Source: Octopus bimaculoides
Lineage: Eukaryota
Assembly (NCBI RefSeq): GCF_001194135.2
Contig: NC_068981.1
Coordinates: 140,225,915-140,289,914, forward strand
Length of the DNA: 64,000 nucleotides
Direction: 5' to 3'
This document shows, piece by piece, positions 63,271-64,000 of the stretch. The notes beneath the pieces were generated by a model that searched no databases, was not told the origin of the DNA, and saw nothing but the letters and a program-made list of their open reading frames with translations. The translations under genes and the position numbers were made by a program. Positions within the stretch are counted from its first letter, which is position 1, and each line of letters starts with the position of its first letter.

Positions 63271-64000
63271 GAATTGAAAATATTTATATTTTTTTCTTTT
63301 TACATATCAAAATGTATAAGTATTTAAGTTTAGTCATGCGAACTTAAAGCAAATTATCCTAGCAAACGTAGAATGCATTTAAATTGACGGTTACTTTTAA
63401 ATCAGTTTTACATTTCTGATCTTATCAGAAAAATCGAACTCTGAATACTTCATTTTAAAATAGTATTTCAGAAAAAAATGATTATATATATTGAGATTGA
63501 ATATATAACATATACTATAAAATAATTCATATGTTATATGCAATATCTAATCAAAGTAACAGCCTCGTAAAATTAGTCCAACTTTGATAATTGAACAACA
63601 ATTGCAAAAATCAAACTCAGTGTGACATACCAACACATGTACATCGCCAACACTATACTAGCATCAGTAGCATTTTTTCTGCCCACAGTTCTTTTTACGA
63701 CGGCAGATGTCAAATATAATTTCTAGTGACTGCAATGATATGCATTAACAAATAAAACTAGAAAGAAATGAGAGGACACTACATTTACTATTAGATTGAC
63801 TAGCATATCATATTAATATCAAAATGTCCGCATATTATTTATCGTTACTGATTGAGTCGAACGAAACGAAAACGAAACAGAACATACGAACATAATACGA
63901 AAGAAACACGTAAGAAAAATATAAAAAGAAAATCATATTCAATCATCCATGTTTACATGACTACAAACATAGTGGTACATACGTAGGCATATATATATAT

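Overview
Repeat-saturated, AT-rich eukaryotic genomic window from a draft assembly (19 N-gaps, nearly all flanked by microsatellites). The SINE families and microsatellite load resemble octopus/coleoid cephalopod DNA; this is an inference from recalled repeat consensuses, not a database search. No intact protein-coding gene, rRNA, true tRNA or CRISPR array is supported, and most ORF-track entries are translations of microsatellites or N runs. Readable content: (i) decayed RTE-clade LINE fragments (RT at ~0.1-0.4 kb; endonuclease+RT with a twin-priming-type 5' inversion at 10.1-11.4 kb; C-terminal C2H2 end at 22.5-23.1 kb); (ii) three Penelope-like element (PLE) GIY-YIG endonuclease remnants (32.5-33.0, 45.9-46.2, 56.9-57.3 kb); (iii) many tRNA-derived SINE copies of at least three families; (iv) mariner-in-mariner, hAT, Tc1 and Tigger-like DNA transposon remnants; (v) a ~1.3 kb ORF1-only LINE-like element; (vi) a 40-bp hairpin-unit minisatellite. 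The most interesting signal is a set of minimal type I hammerhead ribozyme motifs in several unrelated repeat contexts. These include two copies (5.6-6.1 kb and 63.0-63.3 kb) of a short element that joins a tRNA-derived Pol III head to a PLE-type hammerhead tail and shows tail-out inverted insertion structures, a candidate PLE-mobilised, ribozyme-bearing SINE. A speculative three-exon spliced ORF at 33.8-43.2 kb is flagged at low confidence.
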